A stretch of 64,000 nucleotides of DNA, taken from assembly GCA_002269645.1 (NCBI GenBank), contig NIVC01001331.1, positions 248,001-312,000 of the forward strand. Reading direction: 5' to 3'. This document shows, piece after piece, positions 52,661-64,000 of the stretch (its first letter is position 1; each line of letters begins with the position of its first letter). A program made the position numbers and the translations under genes. The notes under the pieces are model-generated. The model was not told where the DNA came from, did not search any database, and saw only the letters and a list, made by a program, of their open reading frames with translations. Source of the stretch: Macrostomum lignano (taxonomy: Eukaryota).

Positions 52661-53185
52661 GATAGATTTCTAATAGGCTCGAGTCTGCTTCCAGTCGATA
52701 CAGAGGTCCGTGGCCGCGGATTCAGAGCTGAGAAAAGTCTGAAGCTTTGTCAGCTGAGGATAGTCAGCTCTCCCCAACTCAAAGCAACGTGAGAAGGTCA
52801 AAGAGCCCACGCGTCAACTCGCACTGCTCACAAGTCGACCCCGCCTCCTCCCTCCCAAAGCGAAGCTCCCAGGTGCAGTTCCGTCGAGAGCTGGCGCCCA
52901 AGGATCCCGTGTGACAGTTGCGGTGGTTGACAAGTTTGCTACAGAAATACCCCCCCCCCTCTCAATGCCCCCTCTTGATCGCTTATTTCTTCTCCTCCGT
53001 AGCTCAGACGCTCGCTTCTATTCTTGCATATTTTTTAATTCTCTTGACTCATACGAGCCGTAGATAAATAGTGTGTCATTAGCAAACTTGGGGCACAGAA
53101 TTGGCATCAGAATTGTGTGTGTCCTGAAATTCGTCTGAATATTCTGAATTTTAGCTGAATGCCTTCAAATTTGTCTGAATCTTCT

Positions 53186-53494
53186 ATTAATAATAATTAT
53201 TAATTGATTACACCTGCCCTATTGGGCAGATGCGCAACCGACAGCTCAGCCGCAGCTATTGCGCGGCGCATCTGAAGGCTGCGTACGGCTGTTCAGTCCA
53301 AGGACTGGGGGGTCGCCACACGCACCCTCAATTACCCCAGCTAATGCTGGCACCCATTTTACAGCTGGGTGAACTGAAGCAATGCAGAGTTAAGCGTCTT
53401 GCTCAAGGACACAAACTGTTCTAGAGGGATAGGGAATCGAACCCCCGACCTTCAAGTCGTGAGTCCGACGCTCTAACCACTAGGCTACAACCCC
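53186..53494 (-). mobile_element. tRNA-derived SINE, copy 2, inserted in a 20-bp TCTGAATCTTCTGAAATGCA array
   Basis: Reverse complement of copies 1 and 3, with an AT-rich tail. Array units flank it on both sides (53130-53185 and 53505-53680). Confidence 0.88.
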
Positions 53495-53843
53495 ATAGGC
53501 TACAACTTTCTGAATCTTCTGAAATTTGTCTGAATCTTCTGAAATGCATCTGAATCTTCTGAAATGCATCTGAATCTTCTGAAATGAATCTGAATCTTCT
53601 GAAATGCATCTGAATCTTCTGAAATTTGTCTGAATGTCCTGAAGTTCATCTGAATCTTCTAAGTTTTGTCAGAATATTCTAATCTTCCAAAATGTTTTTT
53701 TAATTCGAGCTCGTGATCTTTGAACGCTCAATAAGCAACAAAAATTAGTCATAGATTAGAAATAAGGAAAAACGCTATTTTGACTACTTACAGCCACTGC
53801 AGTCTAGAATTCAGTTTCACGCTTGAAACCTCACACCCGGCAG

Positions 53844-54027
53844 GCAGCCGATCCCGGATCACTACGTGCTGCAGCTGACCCGACGGTCCAATATTCTCAA
53901 CCGGGTGCAGCGGATCTCCTGCGCCAACCGGAAGAACCTCAGCCCGACCTCGGACCGCTGTCCGGCCGACTACGGGCCAGACGAGCAGTACTACGTGCGC
54001 CGGCTGAACAGCCCCTGCTCCAGACAG
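53844..54027 (+). CDS. Gene 2 exon 9 (QPIPDHYVLQLTRR...SPCSRQ)
   Basis: Bounded cag|g...CAG|gtgagg, phase 2-0, open frame. Confidence 0.88.
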
Positions 54028-54060
54028 GTGAGGGAGAACTCCACAAGCCGCATCAATTTG

Positions 54061-54122
54061 GGGCACAGAGTGTGTACATGTCTGACGATTAGAAAGTCAG
54101 GGCTGATGTACACCCTGCGTGA
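54061..54122 (-). repeat. Dispersed repeat family X, copy 2
   Basis: About two mismatches versus 4258-4318 by eye. Confidence 0.8.
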
Positions 54123-54294
54123 GCTGTGTGTACGAGTGAATTCCTGCGCAAAGTATTTGGGCAGAATTGCCTCAGCTGCTGGTTGTTCGCACAGCTCGAT
54201 GCCAAGTTTGACGAAGCAGTTTAGAAATGAAAAAATGCAAAATAATAGCAGTAGAATATGCGGAGCACTTTGACAATATGACAGTGGCTCTTTA

Positions 54295-54885
54295 TGATTC
54301 AAAATGGCACCAAAATGGTACAAAATGGCACCAATATGGTACAAAATGGCACCAAATTGGTACAAAATGCCACTAGTATGGTACAAAATGGCACTAATAT
54401 GGTACAAAATGGCACTAATATGGTTAAAAATGGCACTAATATGGTACAAAATGGCACCAAATTGGTACAAAATGGCACTAATATGGTACAAAATGGCACT
54501 AATATGGTACAAAATGGCACTAATATGGTACAAAATGGCACCAAAATGGTACAAAATGCCACTAGTATGGTACAAAATGGCACTAATATGGTACAAAATG
54601 GCACCAAATTGGTACAAAATGGCACTAATATGGTTAAAAAATGGCACTAATATGGTACAAAATGTCACCAAATTGGTACAAAATGGCACCAAATTGGTAC
54701 AAAATGGCACTAATATGGTACAAAATGGCACTAATATGGTACAAAATGGCACCAAATTGGTACAAAATGGCACTAATATGGTTAAAAAATGGCACTAATA
54801 TGGTACAAAATGGCACCAAATTGGTACAAAATGGCACTAATACGGTTAAAAAATGGCACCAACATGGTACAAAATGGCACCAATA
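54295..54885. repeat. 21-bp minisatellite (TGGTACAAAATGGCACTAATA)
   Basis: Read directly from the sequence. Confidence 0.95.
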
Positions 54886-55011
54886 TACTAAGTGTCCTAA
54901 AGGCACACTGAAGTTCGAAAATAAACAAATGATTTGCAAATGACGAACACAATTGACTTCTTGCTAAGAATGCCATAAAATCGCTGAACAAAATCGCTCG
55001 GGACACCCCAG

Positions 55012-55074
55012 AACTACGAGTTCATCAGGTTCAGTGAGTTCGGCGAGTACAATCCATACCGGGTTGGCTCCGAG
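55012..55074 (+). CDS. Gene 2 exon 10 (NYEFIRFSEFGEYNPYRVGSE); not in the ORF track
   Basis: Bounded cag|AAC...GAG|gtaaaa, 63 nt, phase 0-0. The acceptor lacks a strong pyrimidine tract, so the 5' boundary is less certain. Confidence 0.72.
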
Positions 55075-55502
55075 GTAAAACAAATGCAATCAATTATTTT
55101 TATTTGCTACAAAAAATCTGTCTAGCATTATCGGAGACCGGGGCTTCTCAATGCATTATTTTTTTGCTGGTAATTGTATTCATACTGGTGATTTATTGAA
55201 TTTTCCTATGTGTTGTTGGTGCGGAAAACTTTGGTATCAAAGTGAAAAGACATTTTCAACTGGTTAGGGGTTTAAAAATTCCAATCTTTAAAGTTTATAT
55301 ATAGCTATATGGATTTTTATTCGCTCCCACGGTTCACGGTTCGCTATCCCGAATAATGCTATACAATTTGTAATCTAAATGTCTGAGAGTACAGCATTTT
55401 GTGTCATTTTTAACAGATATTATTGGCATGGTTTGTTCCTACTTACTTATAGTAGGACTGCACGGACATTGAAACTTAATTGATTCGTTATTTTTCTATC
55501 AG

Positions 55503-55695
55503 GATCAAATCGGCTTCTACATGGAGCCAAATCTCAACAATTTTTACTGCGGACAAACCACGGAGCTGCTAGCCAGGGTCTTCAACATGACCAACTTTGA
55601 GGAGCTCACGCCGCCGATCTTCGCTGATGACTGCGCGCACGCGGCAGCCAAGTGCCTCGCCTGCCAGAACCAGAAGGAGGACAAGTGCCAGCAGC
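55503..55695 (+). CDS. Gene 2 exon 11 (DQIGFYMEPNLNNFYCG...KCQQ), Cys-rich
   Basis: Acceptor tttttctatcag, donor C|gtgagg, phase 0-1. Confidence 0.88.
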
Positions 55696-55764
55696 GTGAG
55701 GGACCAGCTGGTGTTGGCTGACTGCCTGACAGTTGTGTTGATCTGGTGGCTTTCAGGTGGCTGA

Positions 55765-56555
55765 GTGCTGGATCACTGAGGGATCTGTGAAGGGTGCTGG
55801 ATCACTGAAGGATCTGTTAGGAAAGTGTGCTGGATCACTGAGGGATCTGTGAAGGGTGCTGGATCACTGAAGGATCTGTTAGGAAAGTGTGCTGGATCAC
55901 TGAGGGATCTGTGAAGGGTGCTGGATCACTGAGGGATCCGTGAAGTGTGCTGGATCACTGAGGGATCCGTGAAGTGTGCTGGATCACTGAGGGATCCGTG
56001 AAGTGTGCTGGATCACTGAGGGATCTGTGAAGTGTGCTGGATCACTGAGGATCTGTGAAGTGTGCTGGATCACTGAGGATCTGTGAAGTGTGCTGGATCA
56101 CTGAGGGATCTGTGAAGGGTGCTGGATCACTGAGGGATCTGTGAGGGAAGTGTGCTGGATCACTGAGGGATCCGTGAAGTGTGCTGGATCACTGAGGATC
56201 TGAGAGGGAAGTGTGCTGGATCACTGAGGATCTGAGAGGGAAGTGTGCTGGATCACTGATGGATCTGAGAGGGAAGTGTGCTGGATCACTGAGGGATCTG
56301 AGAGGGAAGTGTGCTGGATCACTGAGGATCTGAGAGGGAAGTGTGCTGGATCACTGAGGATCTGAGAGGGAAGTGTGCTGGATCACTGAGGATCTGAGAG
56401 GGAAGTGTGCTGGATCACTGATGGATCTGAGAGGGAAGTGTGCTGGATCACTGAGGATCTGAGAGGGAAGTGTGCTGGATCACTGAGGATCTGAGAGGGA
56501 AGTGTGCTGGATCACTGAGGATCTGAGAGGGAAGTGTGCTGGATCACTGATGGAT
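55765..56555. repeat. ~26-32-bp minisatellite (GTGTGCTGGATCACTGAGGATCTGAGAGGGAA)
   Basis: Read directly from the sequence. Confidence 0.95.
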
Positions 56556-56645
56556 CTGTAAAGAGAAAAGTTGCAAAGTGTAGTTAAAAAAATACGACTA
56601 AAATAGAAAAATTACAATAGGAATTAATAATTTTCTGCTCCACAG

Positions 56646-56750
56646 CCGGCCTGGGCGTCTCCTGCTGCAAGCTGGAGTGCTTCAGCTCCCTGGCCTGCAG
56701 CAGCTTCTACAGAGAGACTTGCATGAAAGTGGAGCCAGTCTGCGCCAGGG
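56646..56750 (+). CDS. Gene 2 exon 12 (GLGVSCCKLECFSSLACSSFYRETCMKVEPVCAR); not in the ORF track
   Basis: Acceptor ttttctgctccacag, donor G|gtgagc, phase 1-1, six Cys. Confidence 0.88.
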
Positions 56751-56906
56751 GTGAGCGAGGCCTCTTCTGATGCGTTTGATTTTCAATTCAGTTCACTGCC
56801 TTCACTACTTAGCTACTATAAGTAGCTGATAAAAAATCACTAGAGATACACAAGACTAGAAGTGAGGCCAGTCACAAGGCATGGAGAGCGTACACACTCA
56901 TGAGGA

Positions 56907-57237
56907 TTGTAGCCTAGCCTAGGGTTGTAGCCTAGTAGAGGGCTGTAGCCTAGTGGTTAGAGCGTCGGACTCACGACTTGAAGGTCGGGGGTTCGATTCC
57001 TGATTCCACTGGAACAATTTGTGTTTTTGATCAAGACACTTAAATCTGCATAGCTTCAGTTCACCCAGCTGTAAAATGGGTGCCAACATTAGCTGGGGTA
57101 ATTGAGGGTGTGTGGCGACCCACCCCAGTCCTTGGACTGAACAGCCGTACGCAGCCTTCAGATGCGCCGCGCAATAGCTGCGGCTGAGCTGTCGGTTGCA
57201 CATCTGCCCAATAGGGCAGGTGTATTCAATTATTATT
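56907..57237 (+). mobile_element. tRNA-derived SINE, copy 3, with reiterated 5' end
   Basis: Same body as copies 1 and 2, with an ATT-type tail. Confidence 0.88.
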
Positions 57238-57929
57238 CCTTTTCTTTGTTGCCAACTCAGATTGCTACAAAAATTGTACATTAACTAAAACTTTCGTCGC
57301 TTAACTTAGCCAAGCATTTAATGCATGTTTAGACTACTTAGTAAGTAGTGAAACTGGTGTGTTAGTTCGTACGTTTAGCAAAACCCGCTCTAATAACCGG
57401 GGAATCCATGGGGAACCAATGCACGATCCCGTCTCCATCCCCTGTGTCAGGCTCCGACATCTCTGTCAATATTAGACGCAATTATTCATTAGGCGGAGCC
57501 CTTTTGATCATTTTTAACAGAAGAGTAGTGAGGAGAATTCTTCGAAAATATTGCCTTGCTTGTAATAATCTCTTCTCATTAGTGAAGCAGTAAAAATCCA
57601 TTGAAGCAGTGATTCAGATCTATGCCTTTTTTCATTTTTGCGCTTAGGGAAATCAAATCCCACGATTTTGTTCTGTCTCTAATCCTCTAGGACTAAGGCT
57701 CGGCGAGGTGTTGAGAGACAAAATAATCGAAGGGATTAAAGCCATCTCTGTAAGGAACCACCGTCTTTCTTAATATGCCCTCCACTGGCTGAAAAAGCGG
57801 GCGTTGGGTGACCCTTGTGCGGACTGGTGCCAGAACATGGAGTTCTAGATTATAGATATCTGGAAAGGAAACTGCCGAATAGATCCATGAGCTCTAGCCC
57901 TAAATATTTACTATGTACAAAAAGCTGCT

Positions 57930-58760
57930 GATTAAACCAAGTCATGGAGTTCTTAACTTAATGTCTAGAGAGGTAAACTACCCCACATGACAGTCCAAGT
58001 CATGAAGTTATTACTTTATTAAAGTCTAAAGAGGGAAACTACTAGTCCAAGTCATGGAGTTCTTAACTTATTGGAGTCTAGAGAGGGAAACTACTAGTCC
58101 AAGTCATGGAGTTCTTAACTTATTGGAGTCTAGAGAGGGAAACTACTAGTCCAAGTCATGGAGTTCTTAACTTATTGGAGTCTAGAGAGGGAAACTACTA
58201 GTCCAAGTCATGGAGTTCTTAACTTATTGGAGTCTAGAGAGGGAAACTACTAGTCCAAGTCATGGAGTTCTTAACTTATTGGAGTCTAGAGAGGGAAACT
58301 ACTAGTCCAAGTCATGGAGTTCTTAACTTATTGGAGTCTAGAGAGGGAAACTACTAGTCCAAGTCATGGAGTTCTTAACTTATTGGAGTCTAGAGAGGGA
58401 AACTACTAGTCCAAGTCATGGAGTTCTTAACTTATTGGAGTCTAGAGAGGGAAACTACTAGTCCAAGTCATGGAGTTCTTAACTTATTGGAGTCTAGAGA
58501 GGGAAACTACGAGTCCAAGTCATGGAGTTCTTAATTTATTTAAATCTGGAGAGAGAAACTACAAGCCCAATTCATGGAGTTCTTAACTTATTAGTCTAGA
58601 AAATACTAGTGCAAGTCATTGAGCTCTTAACTCAGAGTCTAGAGAGGGAAACTACGAGTCTAATTCATGGAGTTCTCAACTTATTAGAGTCTAGAGAGAG
58701 AAACAAGTTCAACCCATGGAATTATTATCAGATATTAGAATCTGGAGAGGAAACTACGAC
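57930..58760. repeat. 52-bp minisatellite with a homogeneous core and degenerate edges
   Basis: AGTCCAAGTCATGGAGTTCTTAACTTATTGGAGTCTAGAGAGGGAAACTACT repeated. Confidence 0.95.
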
Positions 58761-59387
58761 AGCAAGCATGGAAGCCTATGCATTATAATCCGGAGTAAAA
58801 ACTCTGATAAAATGATAAAATATTTAAACAACGAACTGACCTTGAAGAACTCCCGTTTTTTAGGCTATAAAATACAATCCAATTATCCATTGCGTCAGTT
58901 GGACAATGAGTCCATATTTTTCTCGTAAAAATCCCTAATTGGGAATTTTTTCAGACAAATTTTGCATTACGAGGAAATTTATTTGCGCTGAATCAATTTA
59001 GCCGAATTGGTATCTCCCTAGCAGGCTATAAACATATGCGAAGTAGTTTTGCAGACAATAATTCAATTTGAGCATATGGCTGATGAGATTAAGGCTTAAG
59101 CTGGCAATCAGCAAGACAGCCCCGCCCCCCACGGCCCACAAACCCGCGATTAACAGCTTAGGAGTTGTCGTCAGGAGGACGGATTAGCGTCTAATCAAAT
59201 CTGTTTGCAAGAGTAGCGCTGCTCTTACAGGCCGCTGAGTTCGGAAGAGGCGAACAGAGATGGAATTTAATTTCAGACCAATTTAGATTCGTACATTGCT
59301 TTGATCTAATCTGCTTCTGCGATTGCAATTGAAGTGAAACTTTTTTACGAGCCGAACTAAGAGTTTGCTTACCTAACAAACCTGCAG

Positions 59388-59736
59388 GCGACGTGGACCG
59401 GTTCGTTCTCACGCCAACATTTGACGGCTTCTCGCACGCCAACAGGACCTATTTCCTGTGTCACGTGACCTACGAGCCCCCGGACCAGCTGTACAGCATT
59501 GGCTACAACGTCAGCCTGGCCGGCGACGGGGACGCGGCGGAGTGGCGCGGCGACACCCTGTGGCAGCGGGTGCCATCGGCGAACGCCAGCTTCCACCGGC
59601 GGGGCAGCGTGGACTTCGGGCCGCTGAGGGTGACGCACGACGCTGAGATCGACCTGCCGCAGGACTACATTGTGCACGGCAGCCTGTGGCAGCAGCGGCA
59701 GCGGACCATGGCAAATCTTACTGTGCACCAGCTCAG
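59388..59736 (+). CDS. Gene 2 exon 13 (DVDRFVLTPTFDG...TVHQLR), beta-rich, 4 N-glycosylation sequons
   Basis: Bounded ctgcag|...AG|gtaagg, phase 1-2, GC-rich codons. Confidence 0.9.
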
Positions 59737-59914
59737 GTAAGGACTGAGGAGAATCGGGGGGGGGAGTTCATCTTGAAAGATTTGAAGCCGTCACTAGAAT
59801 CATAGAGAAGGTTTTCTAGAACTAATGAACAAAAATTTATTCTAAAGTCTAAAAGTTTTCAGAATGTTGTCCGAGGTCAGATTATTCAAAATCAGTAGGT
59901 TATCAATTATCAGC

Positions 59915-60120
59915 TTAGCCAAGGTCAGAATATTATCCAGGGTCAGAAGATTATCCAGGGTCAAAAGGTCATCTAGGGTCAAAAAGGTCATCCAGGATCA
60001 AAAGGTCTTCCAGGATCTAAAGGTCATCCAGGGTCAAAAGGTCATCCAGGATCAAAAGGTCATCCAGGGTCAAAAAGTCATACAGGATTATTAAAAGGTT
60101 ATTCAGGGTCAAAAGGTTAT
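59915..60120. repeat. Degenerate 18-bp repeat (AAGGTCATCCAGGATCAA)
   Basis: Read directly from the sequence. Confidence 0.8.
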
Positions 60121-60169
60121 CCACGGTTTCCAAGCCATTTTAGTACGCAGCCGTCTCCCACGTGCGCAG

Positions 60170-60450
60170 GTCGGACACGGAGCCCATGAACGGCACAATC
60201 CGAGTTGAGACGCCGCTGTCGGGCTCGCCCTATTACACAGCGGTTGTCCAGGTGCGCCGGCCGTTCGACGTGTCCTCGGCTAACTGGCTCAGCCACCACT
60301 GCCACATGAACAGCTCCCTGCTGACACCGGCGGACAAGATCTACGCCGACAAGGGTCAGCTCATTGACCAGGAGATGCCGGTAGCCAAGGACGGAGTGTT
60401 TTATTACACCCTGCAGTCCGGCTACCTGGCCATTGAGATTCAAATACCCG
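60170..60450 (+). CDS. Gene 2 exon 14 (SDTEPMNGTIRVETP...IEIQIP); gene continues beyond
   Basis: Bounded gcgcag|g...G|gtaagg, phase 2-1. No convincing next exon before 64000. Confidence 0.9.
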
Positions 60451-60534
60451 GTAAGGGACTTCATTTAGTGACTTGAGATCAGCTAGGTTGCGAGGTCTTC
60501 TTCAGTTTAGAGGTAATCTGGGATTGTGAGCAGT

Positions 60535-61620
60535 CACTTGAGATCATGGGGGTCATCTGGGATCATGAGGGTCATCTGGGACCATGGGGGTCATCTGGGA
60601 TCATGAGGTCATCTATGATCGTGGGGTCATCTGGGATCATTGGTTTATCTGGGATCATGGGGGTCATCAGGGATCGTGGGGTCCTCTGGGATAATGGGGT
60701 CATCTGGGATAATGGGGTCATCTGGGATCATGGGGTCATCTGGGATCATGGGGGTCATCAGGGATCGTGGGGTCCTCTGGGATAATGGGGTCATCTGGGA
60801 TAATGGGGTCATCTGGGATCATGGGGTCATCTGGGATCATGGGTTCATCTGGGATCATGGGTTCATCTGGGATCATGGGGGTCATCTGGGATCATGGGGG
60901 TCATCTATGATCGTGGGGTCATCTGGGATCATGAGGGTCATCTGGGATCATGAGGTCATCTATGATCGTGGGGTCATCTGGTATCATTGGTTTATCTGGG
61001 ATAATGGGGTCATCTGGGATCAATGGAGTCATCTGGGATCATGGGGGTCATCTATGATCGTGGGGTCATCTGGGATCAATGGAGTCATCTGGGATCATGG
61101 GGGTCATCTATGATCGTGGGGTCATCTGGGATCATGGGGTCATTTATGATCGTGGGTCATCTATGATCTGGGATCAATGGAGTCATCTGGGATCATGGGG
61201 GTCATCTGGGATCATGGGGTCATCTGGGATCGTGGGTCATCTATGATCTGGGATCAATGGAGTCATCTGGGATCATGGGGTCATCTGGGATCATGGGGGT
61301 CATCTGGGATCATGGGGTCATCTGGGATCAATGGAGTCATCTGGGATCATGGGGGTCATCTATGATCGTGGGGTCATCTATGATCTGCGATCAATGGAGT
61401 CATCTGGGATCATGGGGGTCATCTGGGATCATGGGGGTCATCTGGGATCATGGGGTCATCTGGGATCAATGGAGTCATCTGGGATCATGGGGGTCATCTA
61501 TGATCGTGGGGTCATCTATGATCTGCGATCAATGGAGTCATCTGCGATCATGGGGGTCATCTATGATCGTGGGGTCATCTGGGATCAATGGAGGTCATCG
61601 AGGGATCTCGGGGAGGGGTC
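60535..61620. repeat. ~18-19-bp G-rich array (GGGTCATCTGGGATCATG)
   Basis: Read directly from the sequence. Confidence 0.95.
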
Positions 61621-62654
61621 ATCCAGAGGTTCATGATACTTTGAAGCCACCTCACTGTGCCCTGGAGTACTATTGTGTACTGACTAAAAATGATGTTGAT
61701 TGGAAATCCAGGCAGAGCTCATTGACATGAAGTGCATTCGAACTCGATCCCCTAGTGCTACAGTACAAGGGAGCGATTTACTTTTCCTTAAATCGCCCCC
61801 CCCCCAAAAAAAGAATCAAAGAATCGAGGACTTGAGTAGCCTCCGACCCTGCTCCAGCAATTATCCTGGCGGCCAAGCCAAGTGGAGGGGGTCCACAGGA
61901 GCCAGATGGAGACACGAAGACTCTGGCCGGCATCAACTGGACAGAAATTCTACAAAGTACTGCAGCGGAGAGGATTGAGGGGGGGGGAGAGATTTCCCTG
62001 TCTGTCTCTCCTCCCAGGCTGAACCGGGATCCAGGAGGCTAGTAGAGGGGGGGGGCAGCGGGGTCGCGCAGTTTAGCCCAATCTAATTATGCAAACTAGG
62101 TGCGATGAAATTAGAGAAATCCCATTTCTAATTTTCTTATTTTCTCCATTTCAAGCCGGCCAGCCCTGTCGGGGGGGGGGGAGAACTGTTGGAGCAGAAG
62201 CGAAAGTGAAAACCAGGGAGTCTGGCGTGGGTTGGGGAAGGAAGGAAGAGCAAAGTCGCAGTTGCAGCATATTCCCCCTAGTCTCTTACTCACAACTATC
62301 CCCAGCTTTAATTTTCAAACAAGCGAAGGCCCTGGATGGATGGGAGATGTCGATTGACTGTCGGTTGGTCTGTCAGTTGCGCTTCGGTGAGCTCGTCTGG
62401 CCTCCAGTAAGCCTTTCTTGGCTACCGCTGACTACTCAGATCCTGGTCTGAGCACGGGCTCAAGCCTGGAAAGTGCTTAAAGAAATGCAACCGCATTTCG
62501 AGTATCAATTCGACTCTAGAGCTGTTCTAACTAATTAAACCTAGCTTTAGAAATCTGTACTTGCGGCTAGACCCGAGACAGATAACCTACTGCAGTTCTG
62601 CAAAAAAAGTGTTTATTTGACTTAAAAGCTATTTTACGCTAACTTCTGTGTGTA

Positions 62655-63155
62655 GCAGACCATAAACACTAGCTGGCCATAGACACTTCCATACCATAAA
62701 CACTAGCTGGTCATAGACACTTCCATACCATAAATACTAGCTGGCCATAGACACTTCCATACCATAAACACTAGCTGGCCATAGACACTTCCATACCATA
62801 AACACTAGCTGGCCATAGACACTTCCATACCATAAACACTAGCTGGCCATAGACACTTCCATACCATAAACACTAGCTGGTCATAGACACTTCCATACCA
62901 TAAATACTAGCTGGCCATAGACACTTCCATACCATAAACACTAGCTGGTCATAGACACTTCCATACCATAAATACTAGCTGGCCATAGACACTTCCATAC
63001 CATAAACACTAGCTGGCCATAGACACTTCCATACCATAAACACTAGCTGGTCATAGACCCTTCCATACCATAAACACTAGCTGGCCATAGACACTAACAG
63101 GCCATAAACACTAGCTGGCCATAGACACTAACAGGCCATAAACACTAGCTGGTCA
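62655..63155. repeat. 34-bp minisatellite (CATAAACACTAGCTGGCCATAGACACTTCCATAC)
   Basis: Read directly from the sequence. Confidence 0.95.
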
Positions 63156-63739
63156 AAGAAAGTGAATTTCTCTATCGGAGCATGAAAAACTCTTAGTAAA
63201 AAAATTGAAGCAATTTTTTTATTTTTACACAGATTCCACAATACTTAAACTTTGTTATGAGCTCGAGAAACTGGAACGAACTTCTTGAAGTTGACGAAGC
63301 TATTTTTTGGCATGACCTGAAAATCTACTCCGGTGATCCTTCTCCATTCATAACTGCTAATTAATCCCAGAATTCTGCGCTGACAATGGCGCAGAAAAAT
63401 TTCTGTGTGGGCAGCGAATCATTTAATTATTCGCGGGCTGGAACCGCATTGTCTGCATTCATATTGTACTCAGCAATATTGGGGCCTCAGTTCTCCTATC
63501 GACACTGCATCCATTCCTCAGAGAAATTTCTATATAAAATATAGAAAAATTAAATAGAGAAATTGCGAAAATCGTCTTTCGCTAACTGGTTTGTTGAACA
63601 ATAAAACAAACATTTTTTGAGTTCCTCGCGACAACTGAACACAATTCCTCCCTCTACATCAATTGTTCTCAGCTGTCCTTACTTTGCTATCTCTTTCTGA
63701 TTATTTTCTGATCTCTCTCTTTCTCTCTCTCTCTGAACA

Positions 63740-63918
63740 TTCCCTGATCCTTCCCTGATCCTTCCCTGATCCTTCCTGATCCTTCCCTGATCCTTCCCTG
63801 ATCCTTCCCTGATCCTTCCCTGATCCTTCCCTGATCCTTCCCTGATCCTTCCCTGATCCTTCCCTGATCCTTCCCTGATCCTTCCCTGATCCTTCCCTGA
63901 TCCTTCCCTGATCTCTCT

Positions 63919-63993
<75 letters not shown>

Positions 63994-64000
63994 CTCTCTC
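63740..64000. repeat. 11-bp CTTCCCTGATC array followed by (CT)n
   Basis: Read directly from the sequence. Confidence 0.93.

Noticed and set aside
61897-61980. Possible next exon of gene 2 after ccacag
   Set aside because: The frame reaches a stop without a good donor, and composition and codon usage do not match the other exons.

Overview
Eukaryotic (metazoan) genomic DNA with GT-AG spliceosomal introns and a very high density of minisatellites. The style is consistent with a repeat-rich flatworm such as Macrostomum; this is inference only. Positions 1-3.1 kb hold the 3' end of a compact, AT-rich + strand gene encoding a single-pass membrane protein. From 11.5 to 60.5 kb I reconstructed by hand a 14-exon + strand gene of about 722 codons that is still open at its last visible donor. 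All splice phases are compatible. It encodes a secreted-type protein: signal peptide, EGF, calcium-binding EGF, two TNFR-type Cys modules, a furin-like site, and a long glycosylated Cys-rich region I do not recognise. Its introns contain about 40 different tandem arrays, three copies of a tRNA-derived SINE, a hAT MITE with an intact 8-bp target-site duplication, foldback/hairpin elements and an interstitial telomeric insertion. Almost all long ORFs in the supplied track are translations of tandem repeats. No rRNA, true tRNA or CRISPR array was found.
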